Positions 50,237 through 59,884 of a DNA stretch of 64,000 nucleotides are shown here, in pieces. Source of the DNA: an uncultured archaeon (lineage in GTDB: Archaea; Asgardarchaeota; Lokiarchaeia; Sigyniarchaeales; SOKP01); contig CAZBPC010000003.1 in assembly GCA_964493715.1 (NCBI GenBank), positions 32,001-96,000 of the forward strand, written 5' to 3'. The notes below the pieces were generated by a model. The model worked only from the letters and a program-made list of their open reading frames with translations, had not been told where the DNA came from and did not search any database. Numbering within the stretch: position 1 is the first letter of the stretch; each line of letters opens with the position of its first letter. A program made the position numbers and the translations under genes.

Positions 50237-51667
50237 TTATTCTCTTAATTTAGGTGTTCTTGCGGCTAAAACTGCATTTAACCGTCCAATTGGTGTATTG
50301 TGGGGTGCCTTCTTTAGAATTTCTGGATTTTCCTTAGCTTCATCATAAATTTTCAATAAAATATCAACAAATCTATCTAAATTATTCTTTGTTTCTGTCT
50401 CAGTAGGCTCAATCATAAGAGCACCATTAACGATTAAGGGAAAATAGATCGTGGGAGCGTACATACCATAATCTAAGATGCGTTTAGCAATATCTTCAGT
50501 TGTAACATCATTAGGAATCCCTTTATCTGATAACACAAATTCATGTTTGCACGTTCTATCATAGGGAAGATGATATCTTTTCTTTAACTTATAACTCAAA
50601 TAATTTGCATTCAGAACAGAGACTCTCCCAACTTTACTTAAACCTTTTGCACCTAAAGCCAAGATATATGAATAAGCCCTTAATATTATGCCAAAATTAC
50701 CCCAAAATGCTTTAATTCTTCCAATTGAAGTAGCTTTTCTTTCACCACAAATCATACCGTCTTTATTAGATATTAAACAAGGTTCAGGAAGAAATGGGAT
50801 GAGTTCTTCAATAACTCCTACAGGACCAGACCCGGGTCCACCCCCACCATGAGGTGTAGAAAAAGTTTTATGAAGATTAAGGTGAACTATATCAAAACCC
50901 ATATCTCCTGGACGACAAACTCCAAGCATCGGATTTAAATTAGCTCCATCATAATAACAAAGTCCATCATTTTCATGGACAATTTTTGTTATTTCTTTTA
51001 TATTTCTATCAAATACACCTAAGGTATTAGGATTGGTCAGCATTATGCCTGCTACATCTCCTTGCTTCATAGCATGTTCAAGATGATCTAAGGGAACTTC
51101 TCCGTGCTCATTAGATTGGAGCTCAATAATAGAAAAACCGGCCATTTTCGCTGATGCAGGGTTAGTGCCGTGAGCTGAATCAGGAATGATTATCTTTGTT
51201 TTAAGGATGTTTTTATTTTGAAAGTATTTTTTTATTATGAGTAATCCAACCAATTCACCGTGCGCTCCAGCAGCTGGTTGCAGTGTGAATCCCTCCATAC
51301 CCGTGATTTCAGTTAACAATTTTGATAATTCTACAAGAATCCTAAGTGAACCTTGGTTTTCTTCTTGAAGCGGATGAACTTGAGAGAAGCCAGGAATTCT
51401 AGCAATCACTTCATTAATCTTTGGATTATATTTCATTGTACAAGAACCTAAAGGATACATTCCAGTATCTACTCCATAATTTCTATTACTGAGATTTATA
51501 TAATGACGAACGATTTCAACCTCAGGAACATTAGGAATAGGTAATTCTTTTCGAATCAATGAAGCTGGGATTATTTCCGAAAGGTCCTTGGTAATTACAT
51601 CCATTTTAGTGATACAGTTTTCATTATAGTGATTGGTGTTCTTTTCAAATATTATTTTCGTATCCAT
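50237..51667 (-). CDS. gcvPB: Glycine dehydrogenase subunit 2
   Basis: YPLGSCTMKYNP, SAHGTNPAS, HLNLHKTFSTPHGGGGPG. Confidence 0.95.
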   Translation of the reverse strand: MDTKIIFEKNTNHYNENCITKMDVITKDLSEIIPASLIRKELPIPNVPEVEIVRHYINLSNRNYGVDTGMYPLGSCTMKYNPKINEVIARIPGFSQVHPLQEENQGSLRILVELSKLLTEITGMEGFTLQPAAGAHGELVGLLIIKKYFQNKNILKTKIIIPDSAHGTNPASAKMAGFSIIELQSNEHGEVPLDHLEHAMKQGDVAGIMLTNPNTLGVFDRNIKEITKIVHENDGLCYYDGANLNPMLGVCRPGDMGFDIVHLNLHKTFSTPHGGGGPGSGPVGVIEELIPFLPEPCLISNKDGMICGERKATSIGRIKAFWGNFGIILRAYSYILALGAKGLSKVGRVSVLNANYLSYKLKKRYHLPYDRTCKHEFVLSDKGIPNDVTTEDIAKRILDYGMYAPTIYFPLIVNGALMIEPTETETKNNLDRFVDILLKIYDEAKENPEILKKAPHNTPIGRLNAVLAARTPKLRE

Positions 51668-53016
51668 TATGAATCCCCCATTATATTTTCTTTAAATTTA
51701 CCTGCTATATCTAAAAATTTGTCTAAAGAATCTTTTGAATTTGTTTCAGTAACGCATACTAAAAGTACATTTTTCATATTAGGGTAATAATTGGAAATAC
51801 GCAAAGGAGGAAGTAGATCATTAATTTTGCACTCTTTGACTAATTTATCAATATCAGGACATTTTAATAAGAATTCATTGTATGTAGGTTTCGTGTTTAG
51901 TATTTTATATCCTGGAATAAGAGCTAATTTTTCCTTCAAATAATGGGTTTTTTGAATATTTTGGGTAGCAATTTCCCGGAGTCCATAGGAGCCTAAAGAT
52001 AATAAATATATTAGAGCTGATAAAGCACATAAAGCTTCGTTTGTACAAATATTTGAACTTGCTTTTTCTCTGCGAATGTGTTGTTCTCGCGCTTGTAATG
52101 TCAGAATAAAGCCTTCTCGCTCCCCATTTAATTCTTTAGTTTTCCCGACTAACCTTCCAGGTATTTTTCTTAAAAATTTCTGTTTTGTAGTAAAGATACC
52201 AAGTCCAGGTCCACCAAAAGAAGGGCTGATGCCAAAAGATTGACCTTCTGCCACGAAAATATCTACGTCGATTAAACCAGGTGGTTTTAAAACACCTAAA
52301 CAAGTGGGATCAGTCATAAGTTGGACAATTATACAATTTGGAGCTGAATTTTTGATGTTTTTTGAGATTTCTGCTACATCTTCTATATCACCGAAGAAAT
52401 TTGGGCTTTGAATCATAACAGAAGCAATTTCTTCACTCAAATTATATATGAGATCATCTTGAGACATAATTCGTAACTCAATATTTTGTCCCCAACAATA
52501 GGTTTTCACAACTTCTACATATTCAGGATGTACCCCTTCCATAATTATGACGATATTTTTATTAGTTAATATTGTTGACATAATTGCGGCTTCAGCTAAT
52601 GCAGTAGATCCATCATACATACTAGCGTTAGAAACGTCCATTTCCGTTAAACGTGAAATTATAGATTGATATTCATAAATTGCTTGAAGATAACCTTGAC
52701 TTGCTTCAGCTTGATAAGGTGTATAAGCAGTATAAAATTCTGAACGACTAGTTACAAAATCGACTAAAGAGGGAATATAATGATAATAAATTCCAGCACC
52801 TAAAAAGCTACTTTGATACATTTTATTTTCCCTCGAGATTTTTTTCAATTTATCTAATAAATCGGGTTCTGATAATCCAGGAGGAATATTTAATTGATTC
52901 TCGAGTAGATCTTTTGGAATATCATCGAAAAGGTCATCTAATTCTTTAAGTCCTAATTCTTTTAGCATCTCATTAATTGTTTTGTCATCATGAGGAATAA
53001 AATCCATATTATTCAC
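51667..53016 (-). CDS. gcvPA: Glycine dehydrogenase subunit 1
   Basis: FYTAYTPYQAEASQG, NASMYDG, LQAREQHIRREKASSNICTN. Confidence 0.95.
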   Translation of the reverse strand: MNNMDFIPHDDKTINEMLKELGLKELDDLFDDIPKDLLENQLNIPPGLSEPDLLDKLKKISRENKMYQSSFLGAGIYYHYIPSLVDFVTSRSEFYTAYTPYQAEASQGYLQAIYEYQSIISRLTEMDVSNASMYDGSTALAEAAIMSTILTNKNIVIIMEGVHPEYVEVVKTYCWGQNIELRIMSQDDLIYNLSEEIASVMIQSPNFFGDIEDVAEISKNIKNSAPNCIIVQLMTDPTCLGVLKPPGLIDVDIFVAEGQSFGISPSFGGPGLGIFTTKQKFLRKIPGRLVGKTKELNGEREGFILTLQAREQHIRREKASSNICTNEALCALSALIYLLSLGSYGLREIATQNIQKTHYLKEKLALIPGYKILNTKPTYNEFLLKCPDIDKLVKECKINDLLPPLRISNYYPNMKNVLLVCVTETNSKDSLDKFLDIAGKFKENIMGDS

Positions 53017-53065
53017 CTAATCCATTAAATTTAAAACAAATTTTTTTAAAATGAGAAAAAATATT

Positions 53066-53491
53066 TTAATGCTCTTCAGATTCTATTATTTTTTCATATT
53101 CTTTAACAGAAAGAAGAGTCTCTAATTCATCTGAATGATTAATTTTAATTTTTAATATCCAACCATCACCAAAGGGAGAAGAATTAACGATTTCAGGAGA
53201 TTCTTCAAGTTTTTTATTAACTTCGATAATTTCTCCTGAAACTGGTATAAGCAGATCTCCAACTGCTTTGACTGATTCTATTTCAGCCACATGACTGCCC
53301 TTTTCAAAAATTAAGCCAATATTAGGTAATTCTATAAATACAATATCACCTAACTGGTGTTGCGCATAACTAGTTATTCCAACAGTCCCAATATCACCAT
53401 CAATTCTCACCCATTCGTGAGAAGCAGTATATTTTACATCTTCCCGTAAATTATAATCCATATTATTCACTTTTTTTATGATTTCATACAT
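53066..53491 (-). CDS. gcvH: Glycine cleavage system H protein
   Basis: HEWV, GITSYAQHQLGDIVF, IESVKA (lipoyl-Lys). Confidence 0.95.
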   Translation of the reverse strand: MYEIIKKVNNMDYNLREDVKYTASHEWVRIDGDIGTVGITSYAQHQLGDIVFIELPNIGLIFEKGSHVAEIESVKAVGDLLIPVSGEIIEVNKKLEESPEIVNSSPFGDGWILKIKINHSDELETLLSVKEYEKIIESEEH

Positions 53492-54596
53492 TTCTAAAAA
53501 ATGGGATAGAAGTTACTAATCCCTTCACCATTTTATCTCGGATCTTAATTTGAATTTCTGTATCAATTTCTTTAAATTCTGTTTTTATCAATCCTAGACC
53601 AATTGTCTTTTGTAAGGTTGGTGAAAAACCTCCGGAAGTAACATATCCAATTTCTTTTCTGTCTTTATAAATTTTATAATCTTGCCTTATTATACCACGA
53701 TCTATTAATGATAATCCAACAAGTATCCTATCAGTTCCTTTAGATTTCTGTTTTAATAAAACATCTTTGCCAATATATTCAATTCCTTCCTTTGGTTTTA
53801 CGAGCCAAAATAATCCCGCCTCTATTGGTGTAATTTTGTCATTTATTTCATGACCATAAAGAGAATAAGAAGCTTCAAGTCTTAAAGAGTCTCTTGCACC
53901 TAATCCTGCAGGTGTAGCCCCCAATTTCATTAAAGAATTCCAAACTGTTAATGCGTGTTCATTATCCATTGATAATTCAAATCCTTTCTCACCCGTATAA
54001 CCTGTTCGGGCAATAAAGATTGGTAGATTATTAAGTTTGCAATGCCTAAAATAAAATCGATTAATTTTAGATAAATCAGTATCAACGATTGTTTGCAGAA
54101 GTTCATCTACTTTAGGACCTTGAAATGCAATGCGAGCTCTTTGATTTGACAGATCCGTGATTTCAACATCCCAGTCTCTAATGTGAGTATTTAACCATTT
54201 AAAATCCTTCTCGATATTACTTGCATTAACAATCATTCGAAATCTTTGGGGGGTCTCTTCATAATAAACCAAATCGTCAACTACTGTTCCATTTTCGTAA
54301 CACATACAAGAATATTGCCCCTTTGAAGGTTCCAATAGGTTTAAATCATTAATCATTACATATTGGAGGAAAGGGAATATATCTTCCCCTTCAAGGAGAA
54401 ATTCTCCCATATGTGATATATCAAAAATGCCAACATTAGTTCTCACTGCGTTGTGCTCTCTAATAATACTTTCATATTGTACAGGCATGCTAAAGCCAGA
54501 AAAGTCTACCATTTTCGCTCCTAAGTTAATATGAGCACCGTAAAGCTGAGTTTTTTTCGATTCGGTAATAATTTCCACACCATTTATACTAATCAT
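53484..54596 (-). CDS. gcvT: Aminomethyltransferase
   Basis: FDISHMGE, ARTGYTGEKGFE, GLGARDSLRLEA. Confidence 0.95.
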   Translation of the reverse strand: MISINGVEIITESKKTQLYGAHINLGAKMVDFSGFSMPVQYESIIREHNAVRTNVGIFDISHMGEFLLEGEDIFPFLQYVMINDLNLLEPSKGQYSCMCYENGTVVDDLVYYEETPQRFRMIVNASNIEKDFKWLNTHIRDWDVEITDLSNQRARIAFQGPKVDELLQTIVDTDLSKINRFYFRHCKLNNLPIFIARTGYTGEKGFELSMDNEHALTVWNSLMKLGATPAGLGARDSLRLEASYSLYGHEINDKITPIEAGLFWLVKPKEGIEYIGKDVLLKQKSKGTDRILVGLSLIDRGIIRQDYKIYKDRKEIGYVTSGGFSPTLQKTIGLGLIKTEFKEIDTEIQIKIRDKMVKGLVTSIPFFRNV

Positions 54597-54710
54597 GTAA
54601 TATTGAGAGTATAAAGTTCTCAGAATTATTTAAATTTTCAGTCTTATATTTAAAGAAGAACATTCGAGAAAAAAATGGGTATTAATAGATGCATACTTTA
54701 TTCTTGGTAA

Positions 54711-55244
54711 TTATTCTTCTACAGGAATCTCAACAAGACTCAAAACGTCATATCCTTCTAATTTTTGTTTTCCATGTAAACTCCCAGTTAGTTCTATTAC
54801 AAACACTACTCCTTCAACAATTCCTCCCGCTTTTTCTATTAAATTACAAGCAGCTTTTGAAGTACCACCCGTTGCTAACAAATCATCAAATAATAAAACC
54901 TTTTCTCCTTTATCAATAGCATCAACATGCATCTCTATTTTATCTTTTCCATATTCTAGATCGTATTCTTCAGTAATTACTTTTGCAGGTAATTTACCTG
55001 GCTTTCTAATCAAAATAAAACCAGCACCAAGATGATATGCAATAACACCCCCCCAAATATAACCTCTAGCTTCAATTGCAGCAACTTTAGTAATTCCTCT
55101 ATTTTTGAAATGCTCAATTATTATATCATTAGACTCTTTAAAAGCAGCGGGATCTTTAGCTAATGTTGTAATATCTTTAAATTGAATTCCTTCAATAGGG
55201 AAATTTGGAACATTACGTATGTATTTTAACAAATCCATCTTCAT
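54711..55244 (-). CDS. apt: Adenine phosphoribosyltransferase
   Basis: PNFPIEGIQFKDIT, EARG, RKPGKLP, DDLLATGGT. Confidence 0.95.
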   Translation of the reverse strand: MKMDLLKYIRNVPNFPIEGIQFKDITTLAKDPAAFKESNDIIIEHFKNRGITKVAAIEARGYIWGGVIAYHLGAGFILIRKPGKLPAKVITEEYDLEYGKDKIEMHVDAIDKGEKVLLFDDLLATGGTSKAACNLIEKAGGIVEGVVFVIELTGSLHGKQKLEGYDVLSLVEIPVEE

Positions 55245-55499
55245 TCATCCAATATATCTTTTAGATTTAATATATTTTAAATTAGGTAATTAAAAATATT
55301 ATTTAATTGAATCGTCATAATTTATTAGTACAAAAAACTCAAAGCAAGTTAAAATTAAATAAAATTAAATAAATATCAATTTATACAAATTATATCAGAC
55401 GATTTAATTATTAATTTAAACTCAAGAGATTTTCATTAATTTCAAATTAAATTTATTTTAATAATCATAATTATAAATAAAATCATCATAAAAAGGTGA

Positions 55500-56459
55500 A
55501 AACTTTTTAAAATACTTTTATTTGGTCCAGAAAATGCCGGAAAAACAAGCTTGATGAGAACAACTTGCTTGGGATATAATTTTATGAAAGTTTTAAATCT
55601 TAAACCTACGAAAAGTATATCTAGAGAGAATTTTATCTTTAGAGGTATAATGGAAATCAATTTGTGGGACGCTGGTGGACAATCTCATTACATGGAGAAA
55701 TATTTTTCCGAATCTCATCGAGAATTAGTATTTTCAGAGGTAACGACCGCAGTTTTTATGGTTGACTCGACTGTTATTGAAGATCGTATTAAAGAGATTT
55801 TTGATAAATTCTTAAATTACATTTTCGAATTTAGTCCACATATAAATCTGGTTTATGTCTTGCTAAATAAAATTGATCTTCAAGAATCTGAAGAAGATAA
55901 AGTCTATGAATTACTGACTAAGGGATTATCTGATGAATTAAAAAATAGATTAGCGTTTACTCCCGTATCAGTTAAGGAAGGTAGCGCACAACATCGACTA
56001 ATCGAAATCCTTGATTTTGAAATTCAACAAAATACACTTTCATTACAACGTCTTGGAAAAATCCGACATCTCTTGGATGAATTAAAAGTAAACACACTAT
56101 CTGAATACCTTCTATTCAACCAACCAGATGGTTTATTAATTGCATCAACCTTGGGGAAGTTTGAAAGCAAACCTTTACAATTTATGAAGTTTGAAATTGG
56201 TACATTAGATTCTAATATCTATCAAATTTTCTCAAAAATAATGGAATTATTAAATTCTGATATCTCACCATTAGAACTATCGACTGTTATTTATGAAAGT
56301 GAAGAAAAATATATTTTAATTAAAGAAGTCAGTAATAATACAGTTTTAATGGCAGTTACCAAGAGTAAGAATGAGGAAGCATTTGTTACAATAATAAAAA
56401 CTCTGAGTGGGGAAAATTTTAACAACCTAAAACAATATTTAAGCAATGTGAATTTTTAA
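55500..56459 (+). CDS. Rag/Gtr1-like GTPase with C-terminal roadblock domain (start uncertain, extended 5' of ORF track)
   Basis: Open frame from 55500 encodes KLFKILLFGPENAGKTS (P-loop); WDAGGQSHYMEKYF, LNKID; C-terminal EYLLFNQPDGLLIAS roadblock pattern. Confidence 0.8.
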   Translation, partial: KLFKILLFGPENAGKTSLMRTTCLGYNFMKVLNLKPTKSISRENFIFRGIMEINLWDAGGQSHYMEKYFSESHRELVFSEVTTAVFMVDSTVIEDRIKEIFDKFLNYIFEFSPHINLVYVLLNKIDLQESEEDKVYELLTKGLSDELKNRLAFTPVSVKEGSAQHRLIEILDFEIQQNTLSLQRLGKIRHLLDELKVNTLSEYLLFNQPDGLLIASTLGKFESKPLQFMKFEIGTLDSNIYQIFSKIMELLNSDISPLELSTVIYESEEKYILIKEVSNNTVLMAVTKSKNEEAFVTIIKTLSGENFNNLKQYLSNVNF

Positions 56460-56515
56460 TTCATTTCTTTTTTTAAAAAATAAAATATAAAAAAATTAAA
56501 CAGAAGAATAAAGAT

Positions 56516-57367
56516 TTATTCCTCTTTATCATGCAAATGAATCTTCTTAAGCATGTGTTGTTTTGCATGATGAGGTCTTCTAATAACAGTATCATTAGAT
56601 TTCTCAATTTCTCTTGCTTGGTCACACATTAATGCAGCAGTCCTCATCATTTCGTGAGCTGCTGCTAATAAGGGCATGTATTCCTCTCTATCTTTTAACA
56701 CAAAGCAAGCTTTAGCTGTAACTTTTGATACAGAAGCAGCTAGCTCAAATGCTGCGATTGCTTTTGCTTCTGCATAGGGATTAGAGAAATTAGCTTCTTT
56801 CGTTGCGATAGTGGCATCAATGGTAATTTGTGGTAAAGAAGGCATTCTTCCTTCCAACATGTCCATTATTACTTTATTCAATTCCTTAGCAATTACTTGT
56901 AGCGCTCCCGTAATAGCTAATACCTTCAAGAGATCAGCATTGAAACAACTCATTTCAACAGGATCCAAGAATGGTCTTCTTGCACCTATCATACTATCGC
57001 AATTGACTAATATGAATCCCATATTTTTCTCTTTTATTTCATCAATTGCTTTCTTAGCAGGTGCGTCTGAAATTATTATTGTTGGGATCCCAGCAGAATG
57101 AGCCATTTCTCTTGCTTTCAATGGACCCTTAAGAGCCGCGTTGGGACTTGACATTAGTATTAATTCTGGTTTAAATTCCAAGAGTGTCTTCATTGTCTCT
57201 TCGCATTCTTCAGTAGGATTCATTTTTGCGCCGGAGGTTACTTCTCGCACTTTTAATCGCGTAGCTTCAGCTCGTTCATCCATTAAAAATGCAAGTAAAA
57301 GAGAACTTCCGATAGTCCCATTCTTGAGTATACCAACGCTTAAAATTTTTTCTGACATTTTTTTCAA
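56516..57367 (-). CDS. mtd: F420-dependent methylene-H4MPT dehydrogenase
   Basis: KNGTIGSS, MDERAE, SGAKM, SPNAALKGP, MIGARRPFLDPVEM. Confidence 0.95.
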   Translation of the reverse strand: MKKMSEKILSVGILKNGTIGSSLLLAFLMDERAEATRLKVREVTSGAKMNPTEECEETMKTLLEFKPELILMSSPNAALKGPLKAREMAHSAGIPTIIISDAPAKKAIDEIKEKNMGFILVNCDSMIGARRPFLDPVEMSCFNADLLKVLAITGALQVIAKELNKVIMDMLEGRMPSLPQITIDATIATKEANFSNPYAEAKAIAAFELAASVSKVTAKACFVLKDREEYMPLLAAAHEMMRTAALMCDQAREIEKSNDTVIRRPHHAKQHMLKKIHLHDKEE

Positions 57368-57772
57368 CTTTAGAGTTTGCTAATTTTACTAGATAATATT
57401 ATTTTTCATACTTTAAAAAAAAAACCACCTATTTGTTTGGGTATTTAACCTTTTAATTTTTTAAATATGAGTAGATACACAAAATACAAAAAGCTCTCAG
57501 TAATATCAAGCGATTTAAATTAATATTGGAATATCTAAATAATATTCTGATATAAAAATTAGCTCTGTCAAGCAATCATAATAACTAACTATCGTTTTAT
57601 ATTTTTTATTATTTTTATGTTCTACCAACGAATAAAACAAGCTAAACTGACAGATATATATGATTCAAGGCTTAATTCTATAGGTGTGAATCCCAGTTTT
57701 TTCCGTAGATACCTAAGAAAATGGCGCAAAAAAAACCAACTTGACAAAAATTAATAAAATAAGAATTTATTA

Positions 57773-58609
57773 TTATAATTCGGTCATTTTCATGGTTATA
57801 TCCCATAATTTATTAGCATATTCTTCGTTATAGGAATCTTCCGAGGATTTTTGCTCTTGTTTGTTGATGAAGTATTTCCCTGTTATTCCTTCTACTTCTG
57901 GTGAAGATGCTAAATATATGGATGTTTCAGCTGCTTTTTCAGGACTTTTAAAAAAGCGTCTTACAATACCTTTTTTTGGTTTATTTCTATCCATTCCCAA
58001 ATTGGTATTTACAACTCCAGGATGAATCAAGTTCAGGGTAACTCCCGTCCCTTCTAATCTTCTGCTGAGTTCATATGATGTTAATATTAGAGCTAATTTT
58101 GAATCTCCATATAGCCCCATAAAACGGCGTTTTTTATTCTCGCCTTGTAGATCTTCAAAATTAATGGTCCCATATTTATGTGCTGCTGAAGCTATATTGA
58201 TAATTCTGCTTGGAGCACTTTTTTTCAATAAGTCAAGCAATAAGTTTGTTAATAAAAATGGCGCTAGATGATTTACAGCAAAATTCATCTCGAATCCATC
58301 AACCGATAATTCTCTTTTCGAGAGCATGATCCCAGCATTATTTATTAACACGTGCAAATTTTGGTATTTAGTCTTGAATTCAGCAGCCAATTTTCGAATG
58401 GAATCAAATGATGATAAATCACATAAGAGTAAATCCACGCGTTTGTTCCCTGTCTTCTCGATGATCTCTTTTTGTGCCGATTCTCCTCGTTCCTTATTTC
58501 TACAAACCATTATTACATGTGCATTCAACTTTGCTAACCCTATTGCCGTAGCATACCCAATACCCGAATTTGCCCCTGTGATAAGGCAGATCTTTCCTTC
58601 CATATTCAT
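57773..58609 (-). CDS. Retinol-dehydrogenase-like SDR
   Basis: ITGANSGIG, INNAG, VNHLAPF, YGDSK, HPGVVNT. Confidence 0.9.
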   Translation of the reverse strand: MNMEGKICLITGANSGIGYATAIGLAKLNAHVIMVCRNKERGESAQKEIIEKTGNKRVDLLLCDLSSFDSIRKLAAEFKTKYQNLHVLINNAGIMLSKRELSVDGFEMNFAVNHLAPFLLTNLLLDLLKKSAPSRIINIASAAHKYGTINFEDLQGENKKRRFMGLYGDSKLALILTSYELSRRLEGTGVTLNLIHPGVVNTNLGMDRNKPKKGIVRRFFKSPEKAAETSIYLASSPEVEGITGKYFINKQEQKSSEDSYNEEYANKLWDITMKMTEL

Positions 58610-58893
58610 ATTGTATTCAACTCAATTAAAATATTAACAGTGAAACTAGTTTTAAGTGTTAATTTTGAATTGTTTAAATATTATTTCTACTTTTTGATAA
58701 TAAATTATTGATTAATTTTCGATAGAATCATGTAGGATTAATTTTTTCAAAAAAAATAGATTTCTAAATCTAATAATTTTAGACTATCCTTTAAATAAGA
58801 GTTAGTGAATTTCTTAAACTTTTATATAAAATTGAGGTCTATTAGTATTACCGAATTATTGTTGATAAAAACTATATTGGAGTTGATTAAAAA

Positions 58894-59805
58894 ATGGAAT
58901 TGAATGGTGTAGAAATAGAAGATACATTCTGCGAAGCGTTCGGAGCAGTTTTCACCAGAATTTTAGTGACGGCAAAAAATGAAAAATGGGCAAATATTGC
59001 AGCTCAAGTAGCGACGGGATATGGTACTTCAACAATTCATTGTGATTCCGAAGCGGGAATTGATGTAGTATTATCTGCAGATAAAACCCCGGACAAACGT
59101 CCTGGTGTTGTATTGATGTTTTTCAAAACGAAGAAGGATCAAATGGATAATGTTTTATTAAATAGAGTTGGTCAATGTATCTTAACTTGTCCTACAACTG
59201 CTTGTTTTGATGTTTTAAATGGATCTTTAGAACCAGAAAAAGATTTTGAAATTAAAACGGGATATAAGCTTAAGTTTTTTGGAGATAAATTTGAGGAAAA
59301 GATTGAGGGTAAATTTCCTTTTGAAGCGTGGCGTATACCTGTAATGGACGGAGAATTTGTTGTTCAAAGTATTTTTAAAGTTGGAAAAGGAGTAGCAGGT
59401 GGGAATTTCTTAATTATGGCAGAAAACCAAGATGCGGGTCTTACAAGCGCTGAAGCCGCTGTTAAAGCAATGGAAGGTATTGAGAACGTTATTGCTCCAT
59501 TTCCTGGAGGAGTAGCTAGATCTGGAAGTAAAGTAGGGTCTAAATACTCATTTTTGAATGCCTCTACAAATGATCCCTTATGTCCTACACTTAGAACTAA
59601 AATTGAAAATTCATTACTAAGAGAAAATGATAATTGTGTATACGAAGTAATCTTAGATGGTGCCACTGAAGAAGCAATGAAAAAAGCAATGAAGGTTGGA
59701 ATAAAAGCTGCTGTTAAAGTTGACGGAGTTAAACGAATTAGTGCAGGCAATTACGGGGGAAAATTGGGTAAATTTCAATATCGCTTGTATGATATTTTAA
59801 AATAA
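58894..59805 (+). CDS. ftr: Formylmethanofuran:H4MPT formyltransferase
   Basis: IEDTFCEAF, TPDKRPG, GQCILTCPT, GVAGGNF, ISAGNYGGKLG. Confidence 0.96.
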   Translation: MELNGVEIEDTFCEAFGAVFTRILVTAKNEKWANIAAQVATGYGTSTIHCDSEAGIDVVLSADKTPDKRPGVVLMFFKTKKDQMDNVLLNRVGQCILTCPTTACFDVLNGSLEPEKDFEIKTGYKLKFFGDKFEEKIEGKFPFEAWRIPVMDGEFVVQSIFKVGKGVAGGNFLIMAENQDAGLTSAEAAVKAMEGIENVIAPFPGGVARSGSKVGSKYSFLNASTNDPLCPTLRTKIENSLLRENDNCVYEVILDGATEEAMKKAMKVGIKAAVKVDGVKRISAGNYGGKLGKFQYRLYDILK

Positions 59806-59848
59806 TGAAAAAAGATAAGAAATAATTCAATTATAATTTTATTTTAAA

Positions 59849-59870
59849 CTTTTTTCTCTTTTTTTAGTTT
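59849..59870 (+). terminator. Oligo-T terminator after ftr
   Basis: Two T runs downstream of the stop, between convergent genes. Confidence 0.45.
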
Positions 59871-59884
59871 CAAATTAATAAGAA

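Noticed and set aside
57676-57719. Imperfect hairpin containing GGTGTGAATCCC, tRNA T-arm-like
   Set aside because: No cloverleaf or acceptor stem; it could be a terminator-associated or chance structure
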